A stretch of DNA of 62,638 nucleotides from Deferribacteraceae bacterium UBA1873 (GTDB lineage: Bacteria; Chrysiogenota; Deferribacteres; Deferribacterales; Flexistipitaceae): contig DDHP01000079.1 in assembly GCA_002338145.1 (NCBI GenBank), forward strand, positions 22,737-85,374, written 5' to 3'. The translations under genes and the position numbers were made by a program. A model generated the notes under the pieces. The model saw nothing but the letters and a program-made list of their open reading frames with translations, did no database searches and was not told the origin of the DNA. Position 1 is the first letter of the stretch. Each line of letters starts with the position of its first letter. Shown in pieces: positions 30,482 to 40,631 of this stretch.

Positions 30482-31447
30482 ATGATTGTTATTACCGGCG
30501 CAGCAGGCTTTATAGGAAGTGTTGTCCTTAAATATTTTAACGACAAGGGTTACAAAGATATTCTTGCCATTGACAAACTAGGTGATAAAGCCAAATGGAA
30601 AAATATTACAAATAAAAGATTTGCCGATTTTGGTAACAGAGATGACTTTATAAATGCATTATATGATTATCATAGTATAAATGCTATTATTCATATGGGT
30701 GCATGTACCGACACCTCTGAATTTGATTTAGATTATTTGATGTCAACAAATTTTGAATACAGTAAAAAACTTTTTCTGTACGCAAAAGACCGAAAAATTC
30801 CTTTTCTGTACGCAAGCAGTGCAGCAACTTACGGTGCCGGTGAGCATGGCTACAGTGACAAAATGAATGATATTTATCAGCTTACCCCTTTGAACCCTTA
30901 CGGTTTTTCCAAGCAACTGTTTGACCAATGGGTGGTGAATCAAAGTAAAACACCTCCATATTGGGCAGGATTTAAGTTTTTTAATGTTTACGGGCCTAAT
31001 GAATATCATAAGGGGAGAATGGCAAGTGTTATTTTTCATTTTTTCAATCAAATCAGAGAAAACGGTGAAGTTAAACTTTTCAAATCTTATCTTGATAATT
31101 ACGAGCACGGTGAGCAGAAAAGGGATTTTGTTTATGTGAAAGATGTGGCTAAGATGATATACTACTTTTTTGAAAACAGAATGGAAAGTGGTTTTTTTAA
31201 TGTCGGCACAGGTAGAGCCAGGAGTTTTAATGACCTTGCTATGAATGTTATTGCTAACGTTAACAGCGATGCCAATATAAAATACATAGATATGCCCTCT
31301 GATATTAAAGACAAGTATCAATATTTTACCGAAGCAGAAATGACTAAGGTAAGGGATGTTGGATATAAAGAAAAATTTTATAGTCTTGAAGATGGCATCA
31401 GGGAATATGTAAACGAATTTTTGATGAAAAATTATAAAATTTTTTAA
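30482..31447 (+). CDS. hldD: ADP-L-glycero-D-manno-heptose 6-epimerase
   Basis: MIVITGAAGFIGS, YASSAATYG, YGFSK, FNVYGPNEYHKGRMASV and KYQYFTEA motifs; AAGGAG RBS before 30482. Confidence 0.95.
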   Translation: MIVITGAAGFIGSVVLKYFNDKGYKDILAIDKLGDKAKWKNITNKRFADFGNRDDFINALYDYHSINAIIHMGACTDTSEFDLDYLMSTNFEYSKKLFLYAKDRKIPFLYASSAATYGAGEHGYSDKMNDIYQLTPLNPYGFSKQLFDQWVVNQSKTPPYWAGFKFFNVYGPNEYHKGRMASVIFHFFNQIRENGEVKLFKSYLDNYEHGEQKRDFVYVKDVAKMIYYFFENRMESGFFNVGTGRARSFNDLAMNVIANVNSDANIKYIDMPSDIKDKYQYFTEAEMTKVRDVGYKEKFYSLEDGIREYVNEFLMKNYKIF

Positions 31448-31533
31448 ATTTCATAAAAAGGCTACTATTTTTTTCTCAGCTATCGCTTAAAAATCTATAT
31501 TTTTCACATATTTATAATCCTTGAAAAAATCTA

Positions 31534-31562
31534 TTGACATCATATTTTTTTTTACGTATATA
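31534..31562 (+). promoter_or_regulatory. Putative sigma70 promoter of the polyamine operon
   Basis: TTGACA-N17-TATATA upstream of speD. Confidence 0.5.
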
Positions 31563-31639
31563 ACGTCGAATTTTGATATTTTATGAAAAAAAATGTAAAA
31601 TATGTCAAAATTTAACAATTTTTTCAGAAGGGGGCTAAA

Positions 31640-32029
31640 ATGCAGGCTCTGGGGAAACACATATTAGTGGAATTTTATGGCTGTAATTCGGAAAAGTTAA
31701 AGGATTCAAATATGCTTCAACAGGAATTTGAAAATGCCGCAAATATAAGTGGTGCGACTGTAGTGGACAGTACGTTTCATACTTTTAGCCCCTATGGAGT
31801 AAGTGGTGTAGTGGTAATTGCGGAATCTCATCTAACAATACACACCTGGCCGGAATATGGCTATGCCGCAGTTGACCTTTTCACATGCGGTGATACGGTG
31901 GATCCATGGGCTGCTTTTGATTATCTTAAAAGGATTCTGCAGTCTCAGCATACGTCTACAATTGAAATGAAACGTGGACAGCTCAATGATATAGAAGGAG
32001 AACTAAGGCACAAGCCTGCGTGTGCTTAG
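31640..32029 (+). CDS. speD: S-adenosylmethionine decarboxylase proenzyme (short class 1B, SpeH-type)
   Basis: [31 protein letters not shown] self-cleavage site, DLFTCG. Confidence 0.92.
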   Translation: MQALGKHILVEFYGCNSEKLKDSNMLQQEFENAANISGATVVDSTFHTFSPYGVSGVVVIAESHLTIHTWPEYGYAAVDLFTCGDTVDPWAAFDYLKRILQSQHTSTIEMKRGQLNDIEGELRHKPACA

Positions 32030-32047
32030 TTGTTTATGAGGTGAAAA

Positions 32048-32515
32048 ATGATATTTAAAACCCCTACAAAACATTTTTACGTTTCCGGTACATCCGAAGG
32101 CTACACTATGCTTAACGCTTTTGACGGTGCACTTCTGAATGCCGGTATCGGAAATACAAATTTGGTTAAGATGAGTAGTATTGTCCCTCCATATTGCCGT
32201 CTGGTGGACAGAATAGATTTGCCTCAGGGAGCTTTGGTACCCATAGCCTATGCTTCAATAGCTCAGGCAGAGCCCGGAGTTACTATATCGGCTGCTGTAG
32301 CCGTGGCATATCCTGAGGATGAGTCTCAGGCAGGACTTATCATGGAATACTCCGCTCCTGCAAGAAAAGATATTGTGGAAAAGCATGTTAGGGCTATGGC
32401 TGAAAAAGGACTTGAAAAGCGACATTTGAAAATTAAGGAAATTAAAACTGTAGCAATACAAACTACTGTAGAAAGTATTGGAGCTGCTTTTGCGGCAGTC
32501 GTGTTGTGGGATTAA
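32048..32515 (+). CDS. pdaD: Pyruvoyl-dependent arginine decarboxylase
   Basis: [27 protein letters not shown], the self-cleaving SS motif of PvlArgDC; G.IMEY. Confidence 0.88.
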   Translation: MIFKTPTKHFYVSGTSEGYTMLNAFDGALLNAGIGNTNLVKMSSIVPPYCRLVDRIDLPQGALVPIAYASIAQAEPGVTISAAVAVAYPEDESQAGLIMEYSAPARKDIVEKHVRAMAEKGLEKRHLKIKEIKTVAIQTTVESIGAAFAAVVLWD

Positions 32516-32552
32516 GTGGATACTGTTATAAATTTTGATCAGGAGTTGCTGT

Positions 32553-33386
32553 ATGAATTTATGGTTTACAGAGCTATATGAGAATGATTCAGGATTTGCT
32601 GTAAAAATAAAAGAGACTTTGTTCAGTGGTAAAAGTGAATATCAAAAACTTGATATTCTCCAAACGGAGCAGTTGGGAAAAATGATGGTGCTCGACGGTC
32701 TGGTGATGTTGACAGAAGCCAATGAGTTTTCATATCATGAAATGATTGCACATGTCCCACTGATTGCACACCCCAACCCCGAGAGAGTTCTGGTAATCGG
32801 AGGAGGCGATGGCGGGACTGCCAGAGAGGTCTTAAAGCATGAAATTGTGAAAGAATGTGTAATGGTGGAAATTGATGAGCTTGTGGTGGAAAAGTCGAAA
32901 GAGTTTTTCCCTGAAATAGCTTCAGCTTTTGATAATCCAAAACTGAACCTGATTATTGACGACGGTTTTAAATATATTGAAGATAACAAAAATGCTTTTG
33001 ATGTTATTATTATAGATTCAACAGATCCAATCGGGCCGGCCGAACCGTTATTTAGTTCCAGGTTCTACAAAAATGTCAATGAATGTTTAAAAACTGATGG
33101 TATAATGTCTGCCCAATCAGAAAGTCCGTATCTTTATAAAAAGATAATTAAGCTGATGTATGCAAATATAAAAAGTGCGTTTCCCATTGTGAAAATGTAT
33201 ACCGGATTTGTTCCTTTTTATCCCACAGGTATGTGGAGTTTTGCTTTTGGATCCAAGAAATACACTTATCAGGAAAAACCACGTATTGAAGATATAGATA
33301 AATTGGAAAACCTAAACTATTTTAATAGAAAAATATACTATTCTGCTTTTGATTTGCCGAATTTTGCAAAGGATTTGGTTAAATGA
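32553..33386 (+). CDS. speE: Polyamine aminopropyltransferase (spermidine synthase family)
   Basis: YHEMIAHVP, VLVIGGGDGG, VEID, DSTDPIGPA and YPTGMW motifs. Confidence 0.94.
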   Translation: MNLWFTELYENDSGFAVKIKETLFSGKSEYQKLDILQTEQLGKMMVLDGLVMLTEANEFSYHEMIAHVPLIAHPNPERVLVIGGGDGGTAREVLKHEIVKECVMVEIDELVVEKSKEFFPEIASAFDNPKLNLIIDDGFKYIEDNKNAFDVIIIDSTDPIGPAEPLFSSRFYKNVNECLKTDGIMSAQSESPYLYKKIIKLMYANIKSAFPIVKMYTGFVPFYPTGMWSFAFGSKKYTYQEKPRIEDIDKLENLNYFNRKIYYSAFDLPNFAKDLVK

Positions 33387-34228
33387 AAACCATTTCCAAT
33401 GCTTTTATTTCCTGTAATAAGGATTTTGATAATTCTGAAATTGTCATTTTCGGAGTGCCTTATGACGGAACCAGCAGCTTCAGGCCTGGCTCAAGGTTTG
33501 CCCCTGACCGAATAAGAGAGGCGTCCTACGGTCTCGAAACGTATAGCCCTGAATATCGATGTGATTTAGAAAACTTTAAAATCACTGATGTGGGGAATAT
33601 CGATATCCCGTTCGGAGATAAAAAACAAGTTTTTGAAATAACAGAGTCTTTTACAGCTAACTTGCTTAAATATAATAAGAGAACACTCACTCTTGGTGGT
33701 GAACATTTAATTTCTTTGCCAGTATTAAAATCTGTTTTTGAAAAATTCAATGATTTAAAGGTTATACATATCGATGCACACGCCGACTTGCGCAAAGATT
33801 ATCTTAACGAAAAATATTCACATGCTACAGTCATGCATTGTATAGGAGAGCTTATAGGTTTTGAAAATATCTTTCATTATGGTATACGAAGCGGTACAGA
33901 GTATGAGTTTTCTTTAATGGATTATTATAAAAATCTTAATCGTTCTTTTGATTATTTGAAAGAAAAAATTTCAGGTTCTAATGTATATATTACGCTGGAT
34001 TTGGATGTGCTCGATCCTTCAGTATTGCCTGGTACGGGTACACCGGAGCCAGGGGGATACGGATTCAATGAGCTCTGTGTGTTATTAAAATTTATTAACG
34101 AACTTAATATTAATATTGTTGGTGTGGATGTTGTGGAATTATCACCGGACTATGATTGCTCTGGGGTTTCCAGTATTGTTGCCGCTAAAATTGTCAGGGA
34201 ACTGCTATTCTGTATATTATTAACTTAG
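33383..34228 (+). CDS. speB: Agmatinase (ureohydrolase)
   Basis: FRPGSRFAP, GGEHL, DAHADL, SHAT, DLDVLDP, GTGTPEPGG and VELSP motifs. Confidence 0.92.
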   Translation: MKTISNAFISCNKDFDNSEIVIFGVPYDGTSSFRPGSRFAPDRIREASYGLETYSPEYRCDLENFKITDVGNIDIPFGDKKQVFEITESFTANLLKYNKRTLTLGGEHLISLPVLKSVFEKFNDLKVIHIDAHADLRKDYLNEKYSHATVMHCIGELIGFENIFHYGIRSGTEYEFSLMDYYKNLNRSFDYLKEKISGSNVYITLDLDVLDPSVLPGTGTPEPGGYGFNELCVLLKFINELNINIVGVDVVELSPDYDCSGVSSIVAAKIVRELLFCILLT

Positions 34229-34371
34229 AAAACTATCAACACATTTAAGATAACTACAGTTAATTTCCGGTTATCTGCAAAATCTATTTGAAATCTATCT
34301 TTTATTAGGCTATATAAATAATATCAAAAAAGAGGCGCTACTTTTTTATCACAGAAAACTAGGAGGTAATT

Positions 34372-34644
34372 GTGAACAAGAAAGAATTGATTGAAAAGAT
34401 GGCTGGTAACGCTGGTCTTACAAAGACCGATGCAGAAAAAGCTCTGAAAGCCTTTGAAGAATCTGTTGTTGATGCTTTGAAAAAAAATGACAAGGTCACA
34501 CTTGTAGGTTTCGGAACATTTTCTGTATCTGAAAGAAAAGCCAGAAAGGGAAGGAATCCCCAAACCGGTGAGGAAATATCTATTCCCGCCAAAAAATCAC
34601 CAAAATTCACACCCGGTAAATTATTCAAAGATTCTGTAAAGTAA
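34372..34644 (+). CDS. hup: DNA-binding protein HU
   Basis: MNKKELI, LVGFGTF, RKGRNPQTGEEI and PKFTPGK motifs; AGGAGG RBS with GTG start. Confidence 0.96.
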   Translation: MNKKELIEKMAGNAGLTKTDAEKALKAFEESVVDALKKNDKVTLVGFGTFSVSERKARKGRNPQTGEEISIPAKKSPKFTPGKLFKDSVK

Positions 34645-34652
34645 ATATGTAT

Positions 34653-34677
34653 AAAGTGCCCCGAGAGGGGCATTTTT
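34653..34677 (+). terminator. Intrinsic terminator after hup
   Basis: GTGCCCC-GAGA-GGGGCAT stem with GNRA loop, followed by a T-tract. Confidence 0.85.
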
Positions 34678-34757
34678 GCTAACAGAACCTCCTTGTTTAC
34701 TGTTTTATTTAAACTATTCAATTGTATTCTTTTGCAAATGATATTTTAAGTCAACTC

Positions 34758-34837
34758 AGCAGAAACGCAGAAATTATTAGCATATAGTTGGAGATCCCTC
34801 GGTTTCGCTCGAGGTGACAAATTGTTGAGTTTTGTCA
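34758..34837 (-). repeat. REP-like unit (34791-34819) with satellite 14-mer (34758-34771) and TGACAAA...TTTGTCA junction
   Basis: The reverse complement TGTCACCTCGAGCGAAACCGAGGGATCTC resembles unit 1-28. AGCAGAAACGCAGA is the exact reverse complement of 143-156. Confidence 0.75.
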
Positions 34838-34970
34838 TCGTATATTAAGAAAGTAGGGAAAATTATTTAACAAGGTATTAAAAAGTTGTATAAGGTTAAA
34901 AACTGTGGTGGTGAAACTGCCAGGATTGACTGGGTATGCCCGCCGGAATAGTTTTTGATCTCCTTGTAAA

Positions 34971-35016
34971 AAGTTAAATAATATTTGACTTAAAATCTTA
35001 ACTTTGATATTAACTT
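34971..35016 (+). promoter_or_regulatory. Promoter and candidate operator of the paaK cluster
   Basis: TTGACT(34985)-N17-TATTAA with TG extension. Inverted repeat AAGTTAAATA-A-TATTTGACTT overlaps the -35. TTAACTT direct repeats at 34998 and 35010. Confidence 0.5.
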
Positions 35017-35058
35017 AAAAATCAAAATTATTAATAATTAAAATAAATGGAGTGCCAT

Positions 35059-36360
35059 ATGATTTGGAATGATGAATTTGAAACACTTCCTTCAGAGGCT
35101 TTGGAAGCTTTACAACTAAAACGTTTAAAAAATATTGTGGAAAAGGTATACGCAACAGTTCCTTTTTACAAATCCAAATTTAAGGAATTCGGTGTCACTC
35201 CCGATGATATAAAATCTCTTGCTGATTTAAAAAAACTCCCGTTTACTACCAAGCAGGATTTAAGAGATAACTATCCTTTTGGTATGTTTGCAGTACCTAA
35301 GGAGCAAGTTGTGAGGATCCATGCTTCCAGCGGAACTACAGGCAAACCTACTGTTGTGGGTTATACAAAAAGGGATATTGGACATTGGGCAGAAATTATG
35401 GCCCGTACTTTTTCAGCTGCAGGGATAAAGAAAGGTGATGTTTTGCAGAATGCTTATGGATACGGACTTTTTACAGGTGGCTTGGGAGCACACTACGGTG
35501 CAGAATTAATAGGAGCATCTGTTATCCCTATATCCGGTGGAAATTCTAAAAAACAAATAATGATAATGAATGACTTTGGTACAACTGCTGTATCCTGCAC
35601 ACCATCATACGCATTGAATCTCTATGAAGTGGCCCAGGAAGAAGGAATAAATCTGAAAGATTTGCCGGTAAAAGTGGGTGTTTTTGGCGCAGAGCCCTGG
35701 ACAGATAAGATGCGCAGGGAAATAGAGAATAAATGGAACATAGATGCATTGGATATTTACGGCCTGAGCGAAGTTACAGGGCCCGGTGTCGCTTTTGAGT
35801 GTCTTGAAGAAAAAAATGGATTGCATGTAAATGAAGATCATTTTATTGTGGAAGTTATAGATCCGGACACGGGTGAGGTTAAGCCGTATGGTGAAGAAGG
35901 TGAACTTGTTTTCACTACAATAACCAAGGAAGCTATTCCTATAATAAGATACAGAACTAGGGATATTTCCAGAATCCTGAAACAGCCTTGTGTTTGCGGG
36001 CGTACTTTTGCCAGAATAGAAAAAGTCACAGGACGTACAGATGATATGCTTATCATACGCGGTGTTAATGTATTTCCATCCCAAATTGAATCCATCATTA
36101 TGGAAACAAAAGGAACACTCCCGCACTATCAACTCATTGTGGATCGGGTGAATAATCTGGATACACTGGAAATATGGATTGAAGTCGCCGAAGAGTTTTT
36201 TTCCGATGAAATTAAAGTTTTACAGGAATTTGCCAAAACTCTGGAGAAAAATTTTAAAGATATAATAGGTATTACTGCCAAGGTTAAGCTGGTTGAACCA
36301 AAAACTCTGGAAAGAAGCGCTGGAAAAGCACAAAGAGTTATTGATAAAAGAAAAAAGTAA
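35059..36360 (+). CDS. paaK: Phenylacetate--CoA ligase family protein (copy 1)
   Basis: [63 protein letters not shown] and [10 protein letters not shown] motifs. Confidence 0.9.
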   Translation: MIWNDEFETLPSEALEALQLKRLKNIVEKVYATVPFYKSKFKEFGVTPDDIKSLADLKKLPFTTKQDLRDNYPFGMFAVPKEQVVRIHASSGTTGKPTVVGYTKRDIGHWAEIMARTFSAAGIKKGDVLQNAYGYGLFTGGLGAHYGAELIGASVIPISGGNSKKQIMIMNDFGTTAVSCTPSYALNLYEVAQEEGINLKDLPVKVGVFGAEPWTDKMRREIENKWNIDALDIYGLSEVTGPGVAFECLEEKNGLHVNEDHFIVEVIDPDTGEVKPYGEEGELVFTTITKEAIPIIRYRTRDISRILKQPCVCGRTFARIEKVTGRTDDMLIIRGVNVFPSQIESIIMETKGTLPHYQLIVDRVNNLDTLEIWIEVAEEFFSDEIKVLQEFAKTLEKNFKDIIGITAKVKLVEPKTLERSAGKAQRVIDKRKK

Positions 36361-36372
36361 CAGGAGGAAGCA

Positions 36373-36804
36373 ATGAAAATCAAACAGATTTCCGTTTTCA
36401 TAGAAAATATGTCAGGTAGGCTATATGATGTCACAGATCTTCTCGGAAAAAACAATATTAACATAAGAGCGCTTTCTCTGGCGGATACTTCTGATTTCGG
36501 CATATTAAGGTTAATAGTTAATGAACCTGAGAAAGCATATGATTTACTCAAGTCTCATGAATTCACTGTTGGTAGAACAGATGTAATTGCTGTGGAAGTT
36601 CCGGATGTTCCCGGGGGACTTTCCGGGGTGCTTAAAGTCCTGGGTGATTCCAATGTAAATGTTGAATATATGTATGCTTTTGTTGAAATGAGCGGTGATT
36701 GTGCTGTCATGATATTTCGCTTTGATGAAACGGACAAAGCGGTTGAAGTTCTTAATAAAGCAGGATTTACCACGTTGAAAGGTGAAAAGATATACGGGCT
36801 ATAA
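36373..36804 (+). CDS. Tandem ACT-domain protein
   Basis: [37 protein letters not shown] and NVEYMYAF motifs. Confidence 0.88.
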   Translation: MKIKQISVFIENMSGRLYDVTDLLGKNNINIRALSLADTSDFGILRLIVNEPEKAYDLLKSHEFTVGRTDVIAVEVPDVPGGLSGVLKVLGDSNVNVEYMYAFVEMSGDCAVMIFRFDETDKAVEVLNKAGFTTLKGEKIYGL

Positions 36805-36869
36805 AATTCTTTAGCTTGTTTTATCGTTTTTTTTATTTCACTTTTGTTAATATATTTCAGGGGGTTGAT

Positions 36870-37997
36870 ATGAAGAAATTGTTATTGATTGGTATGCTGC
36901 TGATTTTTGCTACGGGCAGCTCTTTTGCCGAATACCGATTGGGGGCGCTTTTTTCCACCACCGGTCCTGCTTCCTTCCTGGGGATGCCTGAAAAACAAAC
37001 ACTGGAAATGCTTGTCGAAAAAACAAATAAAAATGGCGGAATCAATGGTGAAAAGATTGAGCTGTTTATGTATGACACCAGAGGGGTGGATGCTGAAGCC
37101 CGTAAAAAGTTTATCAGGCTTGTTAAAAGGGACAACGTAAATGCTGTAATCGGACCTACACGAAGCGGTTCTACTCTTGCTATAAAAGATTTAGCTGAAA
37201 AATTTCAAGTTCCTTTACTATCTTGCGCATCCAGTGACAAAATTATAAATCCGTTAAACAAGTACGTCTTTAAGGTTGCACCATCAGATAAACATGCCGT
37301 AAGAAAAATATACTTTTATCTTAAAACAAAAGGTATGGAAAACATTGCAATACTCACCGCACAAAATGGTTTTGGTGACTCTGGGAGGGATGCTTTATTA
37401 TCTGAAGCAGAAAAGATGGGTTTAAATATTGTAGCTGATGAAAAATTCAGGGACAATGACAGGGATATGACGTCACAGTTGACAAAAATATCCGAAAGAA
37501 ATCCTGATGCCGTAATTTGCTGGGGTGTAGGACCTGCTCCGGCAATAGTGGCTAAGAATTTTAAGCAGTTGCAGATTGAGGCGGAATTAATAATGAGTCA
37601 TGGTGTGGCTTCCAAAAAATTTATTGAATTGGCCGGTGATGCTGCTGAAGGCATCATTTTACCTGCCGGTAGGCTGCTTGTTGCTGAAAAACTGCCGGAT
37701 TCAAGTAAATTTAAAAGCATGCTTGTTGACTATAAAAATGAGTATGAGAGCACATTCGGCGAATCTGTATCCACGTTCGGCGGTCATGCTTATGACGCTT
37801 TTATGATAATCAAAAAAGCTTTACTCACTGCGGGTAAAGATAAGGAAAAACTGATAAAGTCAATGGAGGAAATAACAGATTATATCGGAACTTACGGTAT
37901 TTTTAACTTTTCTAAAAAAGATCATAATGGCCTTGATAAAGATGCATTTATTCTTATTGAAATAAGAAATGGTGACTGGGAGTTACTTGAAAGTTAA
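36870..37997 (+). CDS. ABC transporter substrate-binding protein (LivJ/K-like, aromatic-acid type)
   Basis: Signal peptide, TGPASFLG, INGEKIEL..YD and FS..DHNGL motifs. Confidence 0.85.
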   Translation: MKKLLLIGMLLIFATGSSFAEYRLGALFSTTGPASFLGMPEKQTLEMLVEKTNKNGGINGEKIELFMYDTRGVDAEARKKFIRLVKRDNVNAVIGPTRSGSTLAIKDLAEKFQVPLLSCASSDKIINPLNKYVFKVAPSDKHAVRKIYFYLKTKGMENIAILTAQNGFGDSGRDALLSEAEKMGLNIVADEKFRDNDRDMTSQLTKISERNPDAVICWGVGPAPAIVAKNFKQLQIEAELIMSHGVASKKFIELAGDAAEGIILPAGRLLVAEKLPDSSKFKSMLVDYKNEYESTFGESVSTFGGHAYDAFMIIKKALLTAGKDKEKLIKSMEEITDYIGTYGIFNFSKKDHNGLDKDAFILIEIRNGDWELLES

Positions 37998-38090
37998 GCG
38001 TAATTTAAAAATGGTAATAATGTATGAAAAGCTATTGGAAATTATTTTGCACCTTTGTATGCTAAAGTAAGACTGGGAGCTTATTGATTA

Positions 38091-38954
38091 ATGCAGTTTA
38101 TTTATTCTGGGATAACCAGTGGTAGCATTTTTGCTTTGGTTGCCTTAGGGTTTAATATTATTTATAATACGACGGGAATTATCAATTTTGCCCAGGGTGA
38201 GTTTGTCATGATAGGCGGGATGCTTATATATACATTGCTTTCTATATATGGCATCCCTCTTTTTATGGCGGTACCTGTAGCACTTTTGCTTGCTTTAATT
38301 ATTGGCATATTATTTGACAAAATTTTTATCAAATTAGTAAAAGTACCTAATGAAATCAACCTTATCACTGTCACGATAGCTGCTGCTACAATAATACGTG
38401 GGTTGGCCATGGTGATATGGGGCAGAAACACATTAAATGTTTCTGGTTATATCCCTTATTCCGTAATTAGTTTCCCCGGTGGCAGTCTTACATCAAACAG
38501 TCTGCTTGTTATTGCTGTTTCACTTCTGACAGCCTTCTCTCTTTCTTTATTTTTCAAAAAATCTTCACTGGGTAAAGCTTTCAGAGCTTGTTATAATGAC
38601 AAAATGGCTGCTTCGATCTGTGGTGTTGATGTGGGACATATACGTATGCTGGCTTTCGGTATCGCAGCTTTTTTAGGTGTAGTTGCCGGTATTGTTACTG
38701 CACCTATAACATATGTAACATATACAGATGGAGTCATGGTTGGATTGAAAGGGTTTGCCGCAGCTATTTTAGGTGGGCTTGGTAATTTTTGGGGAGGCGT
38801 TGCAGGCGGATTGCTCCTGGGTATATTTGAAGGTTTTTTTGCCTCTATTTTACCTTCGGGATACAAAGATGCTTTTGCATTTCTTATCATTCTTTTTGTT
38901 CTTTTCCTGAGGCCAATGGGGCTTTTTGGCAAAAAGAAGGCTGAAAGATTATGA
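38091..38954 (+). CDS. livH: LIV-type ABC transporter permease (LivH family)
   Basis: ALVALGFNIIY..TGIINFAQGEF and KGFAAAILGGLG motifs; hydrophobic. Confidence 0.82.
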   Translation: MQFIYSGITSGSIFALVALGFNIIYNTTGIINFAQGEFVMIGGMLIYTLLSIYGIPLFMAVPVALLLALIIGILFDKIFIKLVKVPNEINLITVTIAAATIIRGLAMVIWGRNTLNVSGYIPYSVISFPGGSLTSNSLLVIAVSLLTAFSLSLFFKKSSLGKAFRACYNDKMAASICGVDVGHIRMLAFGIAAFLGVVAGIVTAPITYVTYTDGVMVGLKGFAAAILGGLGNFWGGVAGGLLLGIFEGFFASILPSGYKDAFAFLIILFVLFLRPMGLFGKKKAERL

Positions 38955-39892
38955 AAAAAATAAACTACCTGTTTTTATTTACAATACTATTGATACTTGT
39001 ATTAACTAAGTTACTGATAAAAAATGAATATTATTTGAGTATTGTCATTTTTGGTTTATTTAATGCTATCAATGCGTCATGCTTTAATATACTTTTGGGA
39101 TATACGGGAATTATTTCTTTAGGGCAGGGGGCTTTTTATGGAATAGGTGCTTATTGCGCCGTCATAACAGCTGCCTCTTATGGTATTTCTCCATCTATTG
39201 CTATTTTGATGGCAAGTTTTTTCAGTGGTATTTTGGCTTTTGTTGTTGGCTATCCCACATTGAGATTGCACGGACATTATCTGGCTATGGCTACATTAGG
39301 CTTTGGTATGATAATATATGTTTTTATGAATGAAATGGCGTTTCTTACAGGAGGGCCTTCGGGGTTTCTTGATATTAACAAGTTTACTTTATTGGGAATG
39401 AGTATTTACGGTGAAAGCGAATTTTATATTTTTGTGGCTTCAATGTTTTTTGTTTTTGTGGTTATGTTTGAATTGTTTGATAAATCTTTTTTGGCTTACA
39501 AACTAAAGTTTATTAAAGAATCGGAATTTGCCTCCAAATCATTTGGTATCAATATATTTCGCACAAAACTTTTAACATTTTCACTTGTGGCTGCTATCAC
39601 AGCTTTTAACGGTGGTGTTTATGCTTATTATGCAGGTTTTATAAGTCCTGTTTCTTTCAATTTTCACTATTCGATACAACTTCTAACCATGGCTATAGTG
39701 GGAGGTGTTGGTTCGGTTTCCGGTGGAATAGTCGGTGCAGCAATACTTACTGCACTGCCTGAATTCATGACTGCTATTGAGGATTACGAAATGGTACTTT
39801 ACGGTTTATTTCTCGCTGTAACTATTATTTTTCTACCGGAAGGTTTAAGCGGATTATTCAAAAAGATAGTGGGAAAAAATGCTTCAAATTAA
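38951..39892 (+). CDS. livM: LIV-type ABC transporter permease (LivM family)
   Basis: LLGYTGIISLGQGAFYGIGAY, LRLHGHYLAMATLGF, TGGPSG and PEGL motifs. Confidence 0.82.
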   Translation: MKKINYLFLFTILLILVLTKLLIKNEYYLSIVIFGLFNAINASCFNILLGYTGIISLGQGAFYGIGAYCAVITAASYGISPSIAILMASFFSGILAFVVGYPTLRLHGHYLAMATLGFGMIIYVFMNEMAFLTGGPSGFLDINKFTLLGMSIYGESEFYIFVASMFFVFVVMFELFDKSFLAYKLKFIKESEFASKSFGINIFRTKLLTFSLVAAITAFNGGVYAYYAGFISPVSFNFHYSIQLLTMAIVGGVGSVSGGIVGAAILTALPEFMTAIEDYEMVLYGLFLAVTIIFLPEGLSGLFKKIVGKNASN

Positions 39893-40631
39893 TCAGGTGA
39901 GTATTACTTTTGGTGGACTTAAAGCTCTTGAAAATGTCAGTTTTAAAGTACCTGATAACAGTATTACTGCTTTGATAGGCCCTAACGGGGCAGGCAAAAC
40001 AACACTTTTTAATATAATTACCGGTTTTTTGAAAAACAATACAGGACAGATAGAATTTGAAAATGATGATATAACAAATTTGCCCCCTTATAAAATTTTT
40101 GAGAAAGGTATCGCCCGCACATTTCAAAATCTTAATGTAATAAAGGAACTTAGTTTGCCGGAAAATCTGTTACTTGGGATAATCGGCAAGGATAAGCCAT
40201 CTGCACTCAAAAGTATGTTAAGGCTTAATTCATCATATTGGAATTCGGTAACTGAAAGAATTAATGAGTGTATGGTTCTTACAGGTATACAGGAATGGCA
40301 AAACAAGAAGGTTAATGAAATGCCTTATGGTATTCTTAAAAACCTGGAAATGGCCAGAGCTATTTTAAGTTATCCGAAATTACTGCTGCTGGATGAGCCC
40401 GCTGCAGGTTTAAACAACAACGAAAAGGAGATTTTGATAGAACTTGTGACAAAACTTAAAAACCGGGGAATAACTATTTTTATGGTGGAACATGACATGA
40501 ACTTTGTTTCTACTTTGGCGGATAATGTTGTATGTTTGAACTATGGACGGGTTATAGCCAAAGGGACGTATCAGGAAATAAGGAATAACTCTGAAGTGAT
40601 TAAAGCCTATTTGGGTGATACTGATGCTTAG
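39879..40631 (+). CDS. livG: LIV-type ABC transporter ATP-binding protein (LivG family)
   Basis: FGGLKAL, GPNGAGKTT, GIARTFQN, LDEPAAG, VEHDM and AYLG motifs. Confidence 0.85.
   Translation: MLQINQVSITFGGLKALENVSFKVPDNSITALIGPNGAGKTTLFNIITGFLKNNTGQIEFENDDITNLPPYKIFEKGIARTFQNLNVIKELSLPENLLLGIIGKDKPSALKSMLRLNSSYWNSVTERINECMVLTGIQEWQNKKVNEMPYGILKNLEMARAILSYPKLLLLDEPAAGLNNNEKEILIELVTKLKNRGITIFMVEHDMNFVSTLADNVVCLNYGRVIAKGTYQEIRNNSEVIKAYLGDTDA

Noticed and set aside
30743-31321. 192-aa antisense ORF in hldD (likewise 35605-36132, 57608-58141, 34359-34721 and other short nested ORFs)
   Set aside because: They lie opposite or inside well-supported conserved genes and show no motifs.
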